Assembly: GCA_964016885.1 (NCBI GenBank)
Contig: OZ024741.1
Coordinates: forward strand, 276,334,001-276,398,000
Reading direction: 5' to 3'
From: Eledone cirrhosa
Lineage: Eukaryota
Length of the DNA: 64,000 nucleotides
Shown: positions 43,468-57,530 of the stretch, piece after piece
Layout: each line of letters begins with the position of its first letter
Numbering within the stretch: position 1 is the first letter of the stretch
The notes under the pieces: generated by a model
What the model saw: the letters and a program-made list of their open reading frames with translations, nothing else
Databases searched by the model: none
Told to the model about the DNA's origin: nothing
Translations under genes and position numbers: made by a program

Positions 43468-45976
43468 ACTGGGGTACATGGTGGGCATGGTTACGGCTCA
43501 GGAAATGCACTAACCATTTGCAACACTAACTTCCAGAAGCCTACCAACCAACCTAATAACCTACAAATCGAGCGAGCACATAAGCCAGATTGACTTCCTG
43601 CTAGTTAGACATTGAGAGACAGACAGATGGTGTCAAATACTAAGGCATACCCCGGGGAAGAATGTACCCCACAGCATAGGTTAGTCATTACTGACATCTC
43701 AGTAAGCATGAGAAAGAATGAGACATACAGGAAGGTGTGGAAAAGAAAGGTCTGGAAGCTAAAAGACCTTTCATTAAAATATAAATTTAGCAAAGCCCTT
43801 CAAGACGTGTATGACGAAAAAGAAGACGATTTAGAGTTGTATGACATAGATGATAACTGGAATTTCTTGCATGACAACTTACTGCAGGCTACTGAAGAAA
43901 CTTGTGGTTGGGGCAGAGCTTCAACCAGACAGAGAGTGACCTGGTGGTGGAACAGCATGGTAGATAGGGCCATTAGAGACAAAAGACTGGCATGGAAGGC
44001 TTGGAAAAATGGTGGGAGTAGGGAAGGATACACAGCCGCTAAGAGAGAAGCTAGACGTCAGGTGTACTTAGCACGCAGGGAGGCTGAGAGTAGGAGGTTT
44101 GCCAATGTTCTGCGATGGGAAGATCAGAGATGTGCGGTGTTCCGCATTGCAAGGCACTGTGTCAGTGCAAATCAGGATGTTGTTGGAGATAAGTATGTCC
44201 GGAATGATGCCAGTGTACTTAGTGTCACGAATGATCAAAAAAAGGAGGCCTGGAAATGTCACTATGAGAGACTGATGAATGTGGAGAACGAATGGGACAG
44301 AGAGAAATTACCCCCAGTAGACCCAACAGAGGGACCAGCTATTGAGATTGACGAATATAGAGTACAAGAGGCAATTAAGGAAATGAAGAATGGTAAGGCT
44401 GCTGGACCTGAAAGCATCAGGAGAAGTAAGCACTAAACTGGTTGCACTCATCATCAATCAAGCTTTATATGGTGGTGTCATACCCAAAGACTGGTGCACC
44501 AGTATTCTCATAAATTGCTACAAAGGTAAAGGGGATGCTCTAGAGAGGAGCAATTATAGGGGCATAAAGCTGATGGATCAGGTTATGAAAGTGGCAGAGA
44601 GAATATTAGCGCAACTGATTAGAGAAAGAATCAAATTAGAGGAGATGCAGTTTGGTTTTGTGCCTGGGAAAAGTACAACAGATGCCCTCGTCTTAGTGAG
44701 GCAACTACAAGAGAAGTTCTTAGAGAAGAATAAGCCACTATACTTAGCTTTTGTTAACCTAGAGAAGGCCTTTGATAGGGTACCCCGATCTGTCATCTGG
44801 TGGTCCCTAAGGAAACTAGGTGTAGAGGAATGGCTTGTGAGGAAAGTGCAAGCTATGTACAGGGGTGCTGTCAGTAAAGTGAGAGTAGACATGAAGTTTA
44901 GTGAGGAATTCCAGATACAAGTAAGTGTACATCAGAGTTCGGTCCTCAGGCCGCTCTTGTTCATTATAGTCCCCCAAGCCATAACAGAGGAGTTTAAGAC
45001 TGCATGCCCATGGGAATTTCTCTATGCTGATGATCTGGTTCTTATAGCAGAATCAGTAGAGGAGCTAGAGAATAAATTCTGGCTATGGAAACAACAGTTG
45101 GAATCAAGAGGTCCGAGAGTGAACATAACTAAGACAAAAGTGTTGATAAGTAGAAGGGAAATGGCCATGTTTGATATGTAGGAAGGAACTGGCATAAATT
45201 CCATAAAATGTACGCAATGCAGAACTTGGGTACACGAGATGTAGTGGGATAACAGACAAACTAACAGGTAGGGAAAACTACGTGTGCAGTAGATGTACAG
45301 GGAAAGTTGGCAGTAGTAATTGCAGTGATAGACACATTTTTCCAATGCAGGTGGATTCTATAGAAGTGGTTGATAGCTTCCGGTACCTAGGTAATCAGAT
45401 TAGCATGGGAGGGGGTGTTCTGAGGCCATAGTATCTAGAATAAGGACGGGCTGGAAGAAGTTTAGGGAGCTGCTTCCTCTGTTGACAAAGAAGGGTTTCT
45501 CCCTGCGTATGAAAGGACGGTTATATGATACCTATGCGCGATGCTACATGGTAATGAAACATGGACAGCAACTGCAGAGGCTATGCGACGGCTGGAGAGA
45601 AATGAAGCAAGTATGCTCCGTTGGATGTGCAATGTCAATGTGCGTGAATGACCAAGCATAGACGAGTTGAGAAAGAAACTGGGTATAAGAAGGATAAGTT
45701 GTGGTGTGCAGGAGAGAAGGCTGAGATGGTATGGACATGTGATGCGCATGGAAGATGACCGCTAGGTAAAGAAGTGTCAAGAAATCCCAGTAGAAAGAAG
45801 ACACAGTAGAGGTAGACCATGAAAAACATGGGCGGAGGTGGTGAGAGCAGACCTCAGATCGCTGAATCTCACCGAGGAGATGACGAAGGACCGTGACAAG
45901 TGGAGAGATGCTGTGCTGAAAAGGACCTGCCCACCCTCGCAAACAGGGAAAAGCAGATGTAAAATGATGATGATGA
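43468..45976 (+). mobile_element. Longest RTE LINE copy (end of AP endonuclease + RT + C-terminus), decayed
   Basis: ICNTNFQKP..LITY..SQIDFLL, PQHRLV, TWWWN, YADD; several frameshifts and stops; (GAT)n tail. Confidence 0.95.
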
Positions 45977-46439
45977 TATAATTATGGTTTTTTGAATGCG
46001 GCCTTATTATATGACAAGTAACTTAATATGGCCTTTCAACATGAAAAGGTTCCCAAGAATTTTTAGGTGTCAAAAGAAAGAAAGGGGAAAGGAGAGAGGG
46101 TGGCAGACTCTACACCTAAGTCAGAGCTGTGTTTCAGCTGAGATTTAGCTGCTATTCCTAGCAGATCAAGCAACTACATAGATACTCTCATGTTGGCTGG
46201 TTCAATGTAACATGAGGAAACGTAGCTCAGTAATGGGTAGTTTCATGAGCAGCACTGAAAACTGAAATATAAAATCCATCATCCCATGGGCAAGGATTAA
46301 AGCATACATCTAGGATACACCACCTTCCCCTAACTTCCCATCCCTCTCCCATAAGCCACCCATATCATAACACTCCACCCATGCCCTAACACTCTATACA
46401 CGCCCTAATACTCCACCCACAACCTAACACCCCACTCTT

Positions 46440-46870
46440 CACCAGCGAAGTCCCCCATTCCCCAAACAACAATGTAATGTGGTCGTTTTGGTGCCACAAC
46501 AAAAAGCTCCCAGTGTAAAGTAGCCGTGTAGGTGTCATGATAAAACACACCCAGCCCACACTATAAAGTGGTGGTGTAGGTGTCACAACAAAAAGCACAG
46601 AGTCACAATGTAAAGTGGTTGTATAGGTGACAACAAAAAGCGCCCAGTCCACACTGTAAAGTGGGCAAGTAGGTGTCACGACAAAAAGCACCAAGTACAC
46701 ACTGTAAATGAGGTTGGTGTTAGGAAGGGCATCCAGCTGTAGCAACCAAGCCAAAATCAGCCCTGTATGAGCAAGACATGGTCATCTGATCTGGCTTGTC
46801 TCACAACTGGACAACTTGTCTAACCAATGTTAGTGTGGAAAAAAAATGGACGTTAAACGGTGATGACGAT
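46440..46870 (+). repeat. RTE 3'-UTR module with expanded ~45-bp repeats (relatives ~47430-47690 -, ~51300-51635, ~55465-55840, ~63340-63610)
   Basis: Repeated ACACTGTAAAGTGG...AGGTG...AAAA(G)CACCCAG units and shared 3' end. Confidence 0.75.
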
Positions 46871-46886
46871 GCTGATGAACTCTTAC

Positions 46887-47155
46887 CTGGCGACTATCTT
46901 TTCAGGGGGAAGTGTTTGAGGTAGCTCTTTAGCCAAAACTTCACCTCCATCTTTCTCTTCTCTTCCTTGATCCTCTTCCATCTCTTCTTCGACAGGAGGG
47001 ACTACTACAAAGTCAGAGTTTCGTTTCAAGATACAGACAGACAGACACAGTTCCTCAAGTCGTGATAGCACCACTTCTTCCTTTGACTGGGATATAATCA
47101 CACGTAACAAAGACAAAACCAAACACTGCCAGCGCTGCAGGCCGGTGACACTAGA
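46887..47155 (-). CDS. HTT: Huntingtin exon 10 (SSVTGLQRW...LRVIISQSKEEVVLSRLEEL...LPPEKIVAR)
   Basis: ttgcag/gtaaga boundaries, 269 nt; human [20 protein letters not shown]...LPEETFSR; includes a divergent acidic linker. Confidence 0.93.
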
Positions 47156-48647
47156 CTGCAAAATGAAAACTTCATGTCAACATGGAAAACAAGAAAACTC
47201 ATTTGTCAATTCATAAAATGTAGAATACGAGATAAGTTGAGAGTCTGGTCAAGATATTACAAGACAAGTTGGGTGTTTGGTCAAGACAAGATAAGTTAGG
47301 TGTCTGGTGAAGATATTACAAGTTGGGACTCGGGTCAAAATATTACATATCTGAAATTTAACATTTATCTTATGATGTTTGGTTTAGAGAGCTATTACTT
47401 CTGCTGGCAGCAAAAAGAATCTCCAAACAGCTGGATGCCCTTCTTAATGCCAACAACTTTACATTGTCTATTGGGAGTTTTTCTCATGGCACTAGCATTA
47501 AAACCTCACAGCGTGGACAATGTGCTTTTTTGTGTGTGGCACCAGTACGACCCCCTTGTAAAGTGGATTGGCAGTTTTTGTCTTGGCTCTAACACGACCA
47601 TCTTACAAGATGGACTGGGTGCTTTATGTTGTAGCACTAGCATGACCACCTTACATGGTGGACTGGGTGTATTTTATCATGTCACCAGCGCTAGCTCATT
47701 ATGATTTTTGGATGTTTGTTGTCCTTGGCCTAATTGGAGAGGTAATAAAATATCTAAGATGAGAGAGCAAGCATTAGATTACATGCTGTTTGCTTAGTGG
47801 TTATCATACCACAGTGGGGGAGCAAGTGACCTGTTATGAGGATGGCCTCAACGAAAGTGAGTTAAGTTTGGCAGTAAATTGTGGAACATGCCCAGCTTTC
47901 CATGCATGTATAGGTTGGAGAGGAAAGGATTATTAAGGATGTAGTTAGAGAGTGGAGGCGCATGGCTTAGTGGTAAGGGTATTGGATTTACGATCATAAT
48001 GCCGTGAGTTCGATTCCTCGCCTGGGTTGTGTTCTGGAGCAAAACACTTCATTTCACGTTGCTACAGTATACTCAGCTGAAAAATAATGAGTACCAGCAA
48101 TAGCTGGGGGTTTAACCCTGGGATGGACTGGCGTCTTGTCCAGTGGGGAGTTTGAACTCTCAGTCACTTCACTCCATGGAAAGCGGGATAAGCACCTGCT
48201 TAATGTGCCTCTGGGTTTGAGACAGACTTTAGACTTTTAGAGCTAGAGAGTAGGGAGGGCACATAATCATCATCATTAAATGTCTACTTTCATGTGCCTG
48301 TCTGGGCAAGAGGGGCTGTCACACTTCGAGACATGGCCAAACAAGTGACATCCAGTTCATACGTTCTGTTTAGGCATAGCTTTCCCAATCCCATCCAGAC
48401 ATTATCATAGTACGAAATGGGGAGGGAACATGCTCGGCTTTTCATGTTGGAAAGAGTTGGACAAGCAAGGTGGGGATTGAGGAAATGTACTAAACTAGGA
48501 ATAAGTAATGGGCTTCATATGATCAACTAAAAGAAAAGAAAAGAAAAAGTCACTGCTCCAGCATGGCCAATGTTCAATGAGTGAAAATAGTATAAAAATA
48601 AATAAATAAATATATATCCATTTATTTTTTTTTAAATGTATACTCAC

Positions 48648-48770
48648 TACATCTGCAGGTTTAGCCACTAAGGTTTTCAGCAAAATATCAACAGGACGAA
48701 AAACACTTGGTGCCACTGATTCAAAGAGATGGTGAAGAACATCCAATGCTTCTAAACTATCTAAATTGAC
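48648..48770 (-). CDS. HTT: Huntingtin exon 9 (VNLDSLEALDVLHHLFESVAPSVFRPVDILLKTLVAKPADV)
   Basis: tttcag/gtgagt boundaries, 123 nt; human [31 protein letters not shown]. Confidence 0.95.
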
Positions 48771-49380
48771 CTGAAACAGTTACAATGGGAATGGTAAAGA
48801 TATAGTTATTGCAGGAGTGGTAAAGATATATTTACTGTGGGAATATAGTTACTGTGGGAATGGTAAAGAGATATCCTGACACATTTCAGAAGGATTCTCT
48901 GAAGAAATAATTTCAGATGCACTTGTTAAAAAAGAAAAAACAGAAATTCTACACAGCATTATAAGTCACATCATGCCTTTCTGTGTCAGATATATAGCAA
49001 GTATGCATGGTCTTGTAACTCCTGAGGAGTCACAGGGGCACTGTAGTGGCATACAGCATTTCTAGGACACTTTAAGCCTGGGAGAGCCCATCAACTCTTC
49101 AGATCAGAAAACAGCAGATTTCTTCCAGAGAAGGATAGAGGAGTGAAATAGAAGAAATGAGAAAGAGATATAAAGGAAGAATCGATCTCCATAGTACTAG
49201 ACTGGTACATTTTTTTCTATCAACTTCGAAAGGATGAAAAACAAAATTACCCTCAGCAGGATTTGAACTCAGAGAGCAGAAACATTTACTGCAAAGCATT
49301 CTATCCAACATTTTAGCAACTCTGCTAATTCATTGATAACAGACTGATGATAATAATAAAATGTTGTTGATGAAGGTTAA

Positions 49381-50220
49381 CCCTTTAGCAGTTTAACTGG
49401 CCGTATATTGCCAGAATTCTCTCACCTCTTTCTGTTCAAACTGGCTGTAACCAGCCACTCATACTGATGTTAAGGTGTTGTTCTCAAAATAAATATCAAA
49501 ATCCCATAGATTCGATATTATGTGAGATAATTACATAAGATAATGCCTTTACCGTGAAAATATAATAGTAAATATAGAGTAATGTAAATGCTATGTGAGA
49601 TATTATGTGAGATGATTATGTGATGTAAAGCCTTTACTGTGAAAATACAATAGTAAATATACAGTAATATAAATGATATGCGAGATATTCAGAGTAATGT
49701 ATATGATACGCGAGATATTATGTGAGAAAATTATGTGAGGTAAAGCCTTTACCGTGAAAATACAATAGTAAATACAGAGTAATGTATATGATACGTGAGA
49801 TATTATGTGAGAAAATTATGTGAGGTAAAGCCTTTACCGTGAAAATACAATAGTAAATACAGAGTAATGCATATGATACGCGAGATATTATGTGAGAAAA
49901 TTATGTGAGGTAAAGCCTTTACCGTGAAAATACAATAGTAAATACAGAGTAATGCATATGATACGCGAGATATTATGTGAGAAAATTATGTGAGGTAAAG
50001 CCTTTACCATGAAAATACAATAGTAAATACAGAGTAATGTATATGATACGCGAGATATTATGTGAGAAAATTATGTGAGGTAAAGCTTTTACCATGAAAA
50101 TACAATAGTAAATATAGAGTAATATATATGATACGCGAGATATGTGAGAAAATTATGTGAGGTAAAGCCTTTACCATGAAAATACAATAGTAAATATAGA
50201 GTAATGTATATGATAGAGGG
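49381..50220 (+). repeat. piggyBac-type MITE with internal 85-bp tandem array (~8 copies)
   Basis: TTAA-CCCTTTAGCA ... GAGGG-TTAA; unit homologous to the 26-28 kb satellite. Confidence 0.88.
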
Positions 50221-50347
50221 TTAAAAGAAATCTATAAAGTTAAAGGAAAGAACAGGAGTCCTCACTAAACAGTAAATAATAAAGCTATGTTAATTTTAAC
50301 TGGAATAAGAACTAGAGTGTGGAAGCTGTAGTTATATATACTCTTAC

Positions 50348-50464
50348 TTGTTGTTTTGCCAAAGCAGGTAGAACCATGTCTGTGACTTGTCTTGATAAAC
50401 GTTTCCAACGATCTTCATTTTCTTTCCTGCACTGTTGTAAAATGATGACAAACATTTCCAGAGC
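50348..50464 (-). CDS. HTT: Huntingtin exon 8 ([39 protein letters not shown])
   Basis: catag/gtaaga boundaries, 117 nt; human [39 protein letters not shown]. Confidence 0.97.
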
Positions 50465-50845
50465 CTATGGAAAAATAAAAAAGTATGGAAATAAAATAAT
50501 AATAATGATTTCTACTTTAGACACAAGGCCAGTAATTTTGGGGGGGAAGAGAAAGTCGATTAAATCGACCCAAGTGCATTACTAGTGTTTTATTTTATCG
50601 ACCCCAAAGAAAGGCAAAGCTAACCTAAGCTAACTTCAGGATTTGAACTCAGAACGTAAAGGGCCATAACTATACCACGAAGCATGTTGCTCCACTGATT
50701 CTGTCAATCCACCGCCCTCATAATAATAATAAATAATGTAAATTTCAGATGGAATTATAAAATATTTTATTTAGTATACAGTAGTATAGTTAATACGAAG
50801 CATTGTGAGACAGTGAATTAAATGACTGATAAGTTTCAGAAAGTT

Positions 50846-51140
50846 GGTACAATGTGGTAGAAATATATAAAGGGCAAAGGATGACAAATAAAACAAAATA
50901 ATAAAGTAATGTTTTTACCCAGTATATTTCAACATGATATTTTACCGCTTTTCAAATGTGAAATAGAAATGGTTTAAAACAAAGAACACATTGATCATTC
51001 ATTTTGTTTTGAACCATTTTACATTTGAAAAGAGGGTAATAGCCCTGCAATATCATGTTGAAATATAGTGAGTAAAACATTACTTTGTTTTGTTTTATTT
51101 GTCATCATTTGCCCTTTATATATTTGTACTGCATTGTACA
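50846..51140. repeat. Fold-back (MITE-like) inverted repeat, ~125-bp arms
   Basis: AAATATATAAAGGGCAAAGGATGACAAATAAAACAAAA... / ...TTTTGTTTTATTTGTCATCATTTGCCCTTTATATATTT. Confidence 0.8.
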
Positions 51141-51725
51141 GCAGTAATTCAGAAGACACTCTCCCATATGCAGGCGCTGAGGCACACATCTTGTATGCAC
51201 CACCTTCCTTCCCATCACCCCTCCCATACACCTCCCTCGCTATAATCACCCCACCCTATATCTACCTCCCCAATTCCCCATGCATCTTCCTCTCACACCC
51301 AAGTCCCCAATCCACACCATAAAGTGGTCATTCTGGAGCCATGACAAAAAGTGCCCAGTCAACACTGTAAAGTGGTCATGTAGGTGCCACAACCAAAAGC
51401 ACCCAGTACACACTGTTGAGTGGTTGTGTAGGTGTCATCAACGAAAAGCACCCAATATTAATTGTAAATGAGGTTGGAGTTAAGAAGGGCATCCAGTTGT
51501 AGAAACCAAGCCAAAACCAGTTTTGCATGAGCAAGACATGGTCATCTAACCTGGCTTGTCTTACAAAAGGACAACTTGTCTAACCCATACTAGTGTGGAA
51601 AAATGGGTGTTAAACGGTGATGGTGGTGATGATGACTATCTATAAAATGTTTTATTTAAATGAACAACACAGAAAAACAGATGTATGACAAGATATATAA
51701 GAAGGTTTATCATGGGATTACATAC

Positions 51726-51862
51726 TTGATAGAAATTTATCAACCGCAGTAACATTGAAACAACAACTTCACGCTGAGTTTCCAAGTCCTTCCCACTGTC
51801 ACTTTTGTTGCTTCCTCGCAGAAGAAACAAATCATAAACTATTGGTTGTAGAGCTGGAATGG
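51726..51862 (-). CDS. HTT: Huntingtin exon 7 ([17 protein letters not shown]...[21 protein letters not shown])
   Basis: cctag/gtatgt boundaries, 137 nt; human [17 protein letters not shown]...[16 protein letters not shown]. Confidence 0.97.
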
Positions 51863-52278
51863 CTAGGTAAGAGAAATAAATAAACTTAATTTAAACATAA
51901 AAATATATCAGATAACTATATTCTTGAGTAAGGAAGAAGAGAAAGGTGTCTATAAAAGTTCAGAAGTAAAAATTAAAAAATAAATCACTACATTGCCTCA
52001 GTGTGAGTGGGTGTCGATGAAACATATACATAAGGTCTGAACACAAAGGAACCAAACTCTCACTGTCACTGCCTTCATCTCTCCCACTCTCCCCATTTCT
52101 CACTATTATGAACAAACGGAGGCCTACACGCTGGCTGCCCAACAGCCCCGGTGAACAGAATAGAGAAGTCATTTCCCCAGAGGATGGTGAGACACACTGG
52201 AAGAACCATTCTACCTCACGAGGCTATATATATCTGATTAATAATAATTTTAGAGATAGACAAAGGAATTTAGTTTAA

Positions 52279-52477
52279 CCCTTTAACATTGAAACTGATT
52301 GTATCTGGTCAGAATTCTCTCACCTCTTTCTATTCAAATCAGCTGCTTATACTTATGCTAAGGTATTGTTCTCAAAATAAATAAATATCAAAATCTCAGA
52401 GATTCAATATTATGTGAGGTAAAGCCTTTACCACAAAAATACAATAGTAAATATAGAGTAATGCAAATGTTAAAGGG
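52279..52477 (+). mobile_element. piggyBac-type MITE, monomeric (also ~30581-30790, ~52540-52752, 62100-62320)
   Basis: TTAA TSD, TIR CCCTTTAACATT / AATGTTAAAGGG. Confidence 0.85.
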
Positions 52478-53305
52478 TTAATAATAATTTTCGAGATAGA
52501 CAAAGGAGCAAATTTTTGATAATGAATTACTAAATTTAGTTTAAACCGACTGTATCTGGCCAGAATTCTCTCACCTCTTTCTGTTTAAATCGGCCATAAC
52601 TAGCTGCTCATACTGACATTAAGGTATTGTTCTCAAAATGAATAACATCAAAATCTCATACACTCAATATTCTGTGAGAAAGTTATGTGAAGTAAAGCCT
52701 TCACCACAAAAATACAATAGTATATATATAGTAATGTAAATGCTAAAGGATGAAACCAATAAAGTCCAAGCTTGAGAACTGTTTCTGTGTTTGTGTTTTA
52801 CTCATTTATCTATTCCATCTGACTGGCTGAGCCATACTAGGGTACCACCATTAAAAAGTACAAGCTGTAAAGTGGTTGGTGTTAGGAAGGGCATCCATAG
52901 GAAGCTTGCCAAACAATGAGGTTAGGAGGATCCTTCGGTTTGTGTCAAAAGACAACTTCTCCTCTGCACTCGATTATGACAGTATGTAAGCAGGATACAG
53001 ACTTCCTTGGCTTATCTGTGGGGTCAGTAGCCCCACTTCAGTACTGATTTGGTCTGTGTAGACCCATCCAACCCTTGCTAGCAGGGAAAGCGACATTAAA
53101 TGATGTTGATATATACATTGTGGAACAAACTTCTTGTACAATACAATATTAGTAGCTTTATCTGGCTAGTACAATCAAACAAAGAAAATACTGAAGACTA
53201 AATAGAGTGAAGAGATATTTGGGATATTATTTACCTGGCTCTATTGAAACTGATGAGAGAAATATCTTCTGGTGAAGACGACACTAATCACTTCATATAA
53301 ATAAA

Positions 53306-53550
53306 GGTGTGTATGGAAGGATACACATACAGGTATGTATAGAAGGATACAGGTATACACATATAGGCGTGTATAGAAGGATACAGGTGCACATATAGGT
53401 GTGTATGGAAGGATACAGGTGCACATATAGGTGTGTATGGAAGGATACAGGTGCACATATAGGTGTGTATGGAAGGATACAGGTACATATATATAGGTGT
53501 GTATGGAAGGATATAGGTATACATATATAGGTGTGTTTGGAAGGATATAG
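53306..53550. repeat. ~32-bp minisatellite GGTGTGTATGGAAGGATACAGGTGCACATATA (~7 copies)
   Basis: Directly visible. Confidence 0.9.
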
Positions 53551-53754
53551 ATATTCTAGCACACAGACGTCTCTCTCCTTGAACACACACACAGGCATTC
53601 TTACAGTTAAACATTAATATATGCACCCACATACATATACACACACACACACAGGCAGGCATTTTTAAAGTTAAACATACTAAGACATGCACATACATGA
53701 ACATATATGCACACACAAGCATGCACACAAACACAGACAAACATTCACACTCAC

Positions 53755-53903
53755 CATGAGTCGTTGGCTGTAAGCCACTTGCCATAATTCCATCACAGAG
53801 TTGTATTATTTTCGGAATACCAATTATTGGTTTTGTATGAAACTTTTCATATGAGAGCATCACCAAGAATTGGAAGATATGTGGTACAAGACTTTCAGAG
53901 TAA
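53755..53903 (-). CDS. HTT: Huntingtin exon 6 ([20 protein letters not shown]...[18 protein letters not shown]...TH)
   Basis: Signature [18 protein letters not shown]; ttcag/gtgagt boundaries, 149 nt. Confidence 0.97.
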
Positions 53904-54019
53904 CTGAAGAATAAGACAAACATGAACAGTTATAGAATACAGGGTTAAAGTGTTTATATTTATGTCTTCCAATACTTGATTATAGTGATGTCTGAATGAA
54001 TATCCTCCTCCAACTAACT

Positions 54020-54445
54020 TACCCTCCACCTCTGGGTTCTGGCAGACAGGATGGAGAATACACTGCCGCAGAGGATGGTGAAAGAGGCGTGCTGGAACAG
54101 CCACTCCAACTTGCAGGGATCAACACCTGCAAGCAACAACTCCGCTCCGATAGCAGTGAATAGGGATGTGGTCCGGGGCCAAGAACGCTGGAAGTCTACA
54201 CAACTACAGGCTCTACCACAAACCTATCTGAGAGCAGCCAATACTTGGACAGTTCTACTTTCTTTAGCTTGGCAGGCAGCAGAGCCGTGGTTGATAGCCA
54301 AACGCAACAGGTTGCCACTTGAGTAGGCATCACAGAATGGGAAGATTGTGATGCCGTCTGGCCTTTTGCCATCCCCTCGGTCCAGCCCTGCTGGCTCGAG
54401 CAAGCAAGGGAAGCATGTGCCGTCCAGGTCAAGCGAACCACGATT
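54020..54445 (-). mobile_element. CRE-like retrotransposon endonuclease relic (related to 7020)
   Basis: Manual translation LLEPAGLDRGDGKRPDGITIFPF...NHGSAA...DPCKLEWLFQ. Confidence 0.72.
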
Positions 54446-54609
54446 CTATAAATATGTATTATGTATATATGTATTCTATATATATGTAATCTTACCCTGA
54501 CCAATCAGTATTTTATAAATATTCATTATTTATGTATAGTTGATCGACCCTCATCAAATATGTTCTAGTCATTTGTCAAGGATGCTGTACAGGGAATTGA
54601 ACCAGGAGA

Positions 54610-54890
54610 TGTGAGTGTATGTGTGTGTGCATGCGTGTGTGTGCGTGTGTGCGTGTGTGCGTGTGTGCGTGTGTGCGTGTGTGCGTGTGCGCGTGTGTGC
54701 GTGTGCGCGTGCGTGCGTGTGTGCGTGCGTGTGTGCATGTGTGTGTGCATGTGTGTGTGTACGTGTGCGTGTGTGCATGTGCATGTGTGCGTGTGTGCGT
54801 GTGTGCGTGTGCGTGTGCGTGTACGTGTACGTGTGTGTGTGTGTGTGTGTGTGCGCATGTGTGTGTGCATGTGTGCATATATGTGCATAT
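54610..54890. repeat. (GT/GC)n microsatellite
   Basis: Directly visible. Confidence 0.95.
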
Positions 54891-55328
54891 AACAAATTTC
54901 TTAATTATACATGTGGAGAGATCACAGCTCAGATACTATGGACATGTGGTTAGAATGTCTCAGGAAAGAATCACTGGACAGATTTTACAGGCAAAACCAA
55001 CCGGCAGGAGACTCAGGGGTAGATCCCAAGCAAGATAGTTGGATAACATCCATGTACTTGGTTGGTCTTGCTTGGGGATCCAGCCGGAACAGTTAGAGAT
55101 TGTTGCTTCTGACAGGACCCACAGGAAGGAGTGTCTGAGGACTCTGCCCCCACAACCCTCTCAATTTTTGACTGTGAAAACAGTTTTCACAATTTGGAAT
55201 TTTGAAAAAAAACTTAAAAAACCCATTTGAGATATAGAACATGTGTGATGGAGGTATGTTGAGACAAAATATTCACTTGAAATTCTTTAATACCTCAATT
55301 ATCAAATTCTCTAATATCAAATTCTTAC

Positions 55329-55384
55329 CGTATCTGTCCTTCTTCGATGTATTCAAACTGCTTTATCACGAAACCAATGAAAAT
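55329..55384 (-). CDS. HTT: Huntingtin exon 5 (IFIGFVIKQFEYIEEGQIR)
   Basis: ctcag/gtaaga boundaries, 56 nt; human VFIGFVLKQFEYIEVGQFR. Confidence 0.95.
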
Positions 55385-56178
55385 CTGAGAGTAAAGAAAA
55401 ACATTAACATTATACATATGCCAATATGATTTAAACACACACACACACACACATTATATATATATATGACACACGACCGTGACTTCTGGCGTCACGCAGT
55501 AATACAGGGTACCCGACCTCCCATGGGTACATGCTGAAACATAAACAATATGCCCCCACTCCCCCCCACCGCAAAGTGGTCGTGGAGGTGCCACGGCAAA
55601 AAAAGCACCCAGCCCACACTGTAAAGTGGACGTGTAGGTGCCACGGAAAAAAGCACCCAGCACTCACTGTAAATGAGGTTGGTGTTAGGAAGGGCATCCA
55701 GCTGTAGAAATCAAGCCAGATCAGTTCCTGTATGAGCAAGGCATGGTCAGCCGACCAGACACTGCCCACAACAGGACAACCCGTCTAACCCATGCTAGTG
55801 TGGAAGAACGGACGTAAAACGGTGATGATGATGATGATGATATGTTCTGAAGGTACAGTAACCAGAGTAAGAACGTTACACAGTAATACAGAAGACCCGA
55901 CTTCCTACGGGCACAGGCCAAAACTGAAGCAGATGTACAGTATGCACCACTCAACCCACCCTCGCATACATCTCACATGAGGACAGGCTGAAGCATACAT
56001 CCAGTGAAGCCTACAGCCCACACCATAAAGTGGTCGTGATGGCAACACAACAAAATGCACCCAATTCAGACTGTAAAGATGGGGGTTTTCACCAAGTGAT
56101 TTTCTGAGCAGGTGAAAATGATGGGAATTTAACAAGTGTTTTACTGAGCAGGTGAAAAAGATGAGTTTATGACCTTAC

Positions 56179-56340
56179 CTGGTCTGAATCCAAAAGACAG
56201 TAGTTGACCCTCAACTGTACTAATTGGGATAACAAACCCAACACTTCAGTCTGCAGTGGTAGAGAACTGGTCACAGTGTACTGTTTAAGAGCTTTGATTA
56301 CCAGTGGCTCAAACAACCTGATGTACCAGGCTATTGAAGA
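56179..56340 (-). CDS. HTT: Huntingtin exon 4 ([22 protein letters not shown]...[13 protein letters not shown])
   Basis: Near-identical to HTT signature [16 protein letters not shown] and [15 protein letters not shown]; ag/gtaagg boundaries, 162 nt. Confidence 0.97.
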
Positions 56341-57530
56341 CTTGACAAAGAGAGAACAATCTTGATTAATGGACAGAAGTGGCACAGGAAAACAACAAAA
56401 CAAAACAGAAGAATGAAAATGAAAAGGAGAAAGGAAGAAAGAAGGAAGGAATAAAAGAAAAGAAAATGAATCTAAAAAGATATTTAACTCGGGAGTTTTT
56501 GATAATATTGAGAGATGGAGAGAGCAGGAGAGACGGAGGCAGTGACAGTTTGGTTCCTTTGTGTTCGGACCTGGTGTATATGTATATGTTTCACAGACAT
56601 TACCTACATGAATGAATCCAGGAGAGAGATTCTTCTTTGAAGAGGTTGAAAGTTCACACACACAAACAAGAAAGATATTTAACTCAGGGAGAGCCAGCAC
56701 TGTTTTATTTTTGATATTTTACTGCTGGGATCATCATCATTATCACCATCTAGCAAAACCATTCTCCCATGCTTGCATGGGTTAGATGAGTCGTCGACGT
56801 TGGGAGACAATATTGGCCAGTGTTGGCTATGCCGTTCCTTGCTCTGGCGAGCACTGTAAATTTGGTTGAGTATTTTACATCTGGATGCCCTTCCTAACAC
56901 CAACCACATTTACAGTGTGGAACTGAATGGCACCATTATGAGGAGAGACAAGCCAGTTGGCCATGCTGAACCCATCTGACAGTGGAACCATAGTTTTGAA
57001 GCCTGGTACTGGATGGCACCGATCCGAGGAGCCTAACCTATCTGACAGCGTAGCTATAGTTTCAGAGCCTGGTACTGGATGGCACCGCTATGAGAAGGGA
57101 CAGGCTAATTGGCCACACCAAACCCATCTCACAACGTTACCATAGTTTGGAGGATTATATGTTAATATTTTCAATCTTCAAATATTTCTTGAAAATAAAA
57201 TTTTAGATATTTTGATCAAATTTGTTTTATTTACTTTTTCAGGACTTGTGCTTCCCAAATTAAACTAAAATGTACTAATACATCTTTGGCATATAATTGG
57301 TGGGATGTAAAGATATATCAGTATGTTTATAGCACTGAAAGTGTTAAGTGTGACCAACATTGGAGTAAAGACACACAAATACATGTAGTTACACACACAC
57401 ACAGATAAACACACACACATATATACACTCAAACAGACACACACACACAGAGGCAAATGCAGGCAAACACAGTCACACTGGCAAACGCATACAGGCAGAC
57501 ACACACAAACAGACACACACTCACACAAAC

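Noticed and set aside
54565-54953. His/Thr and Val/Cys-rich ORFs
   Set aside because: Translations of a (GT/GC)n microsatellite.
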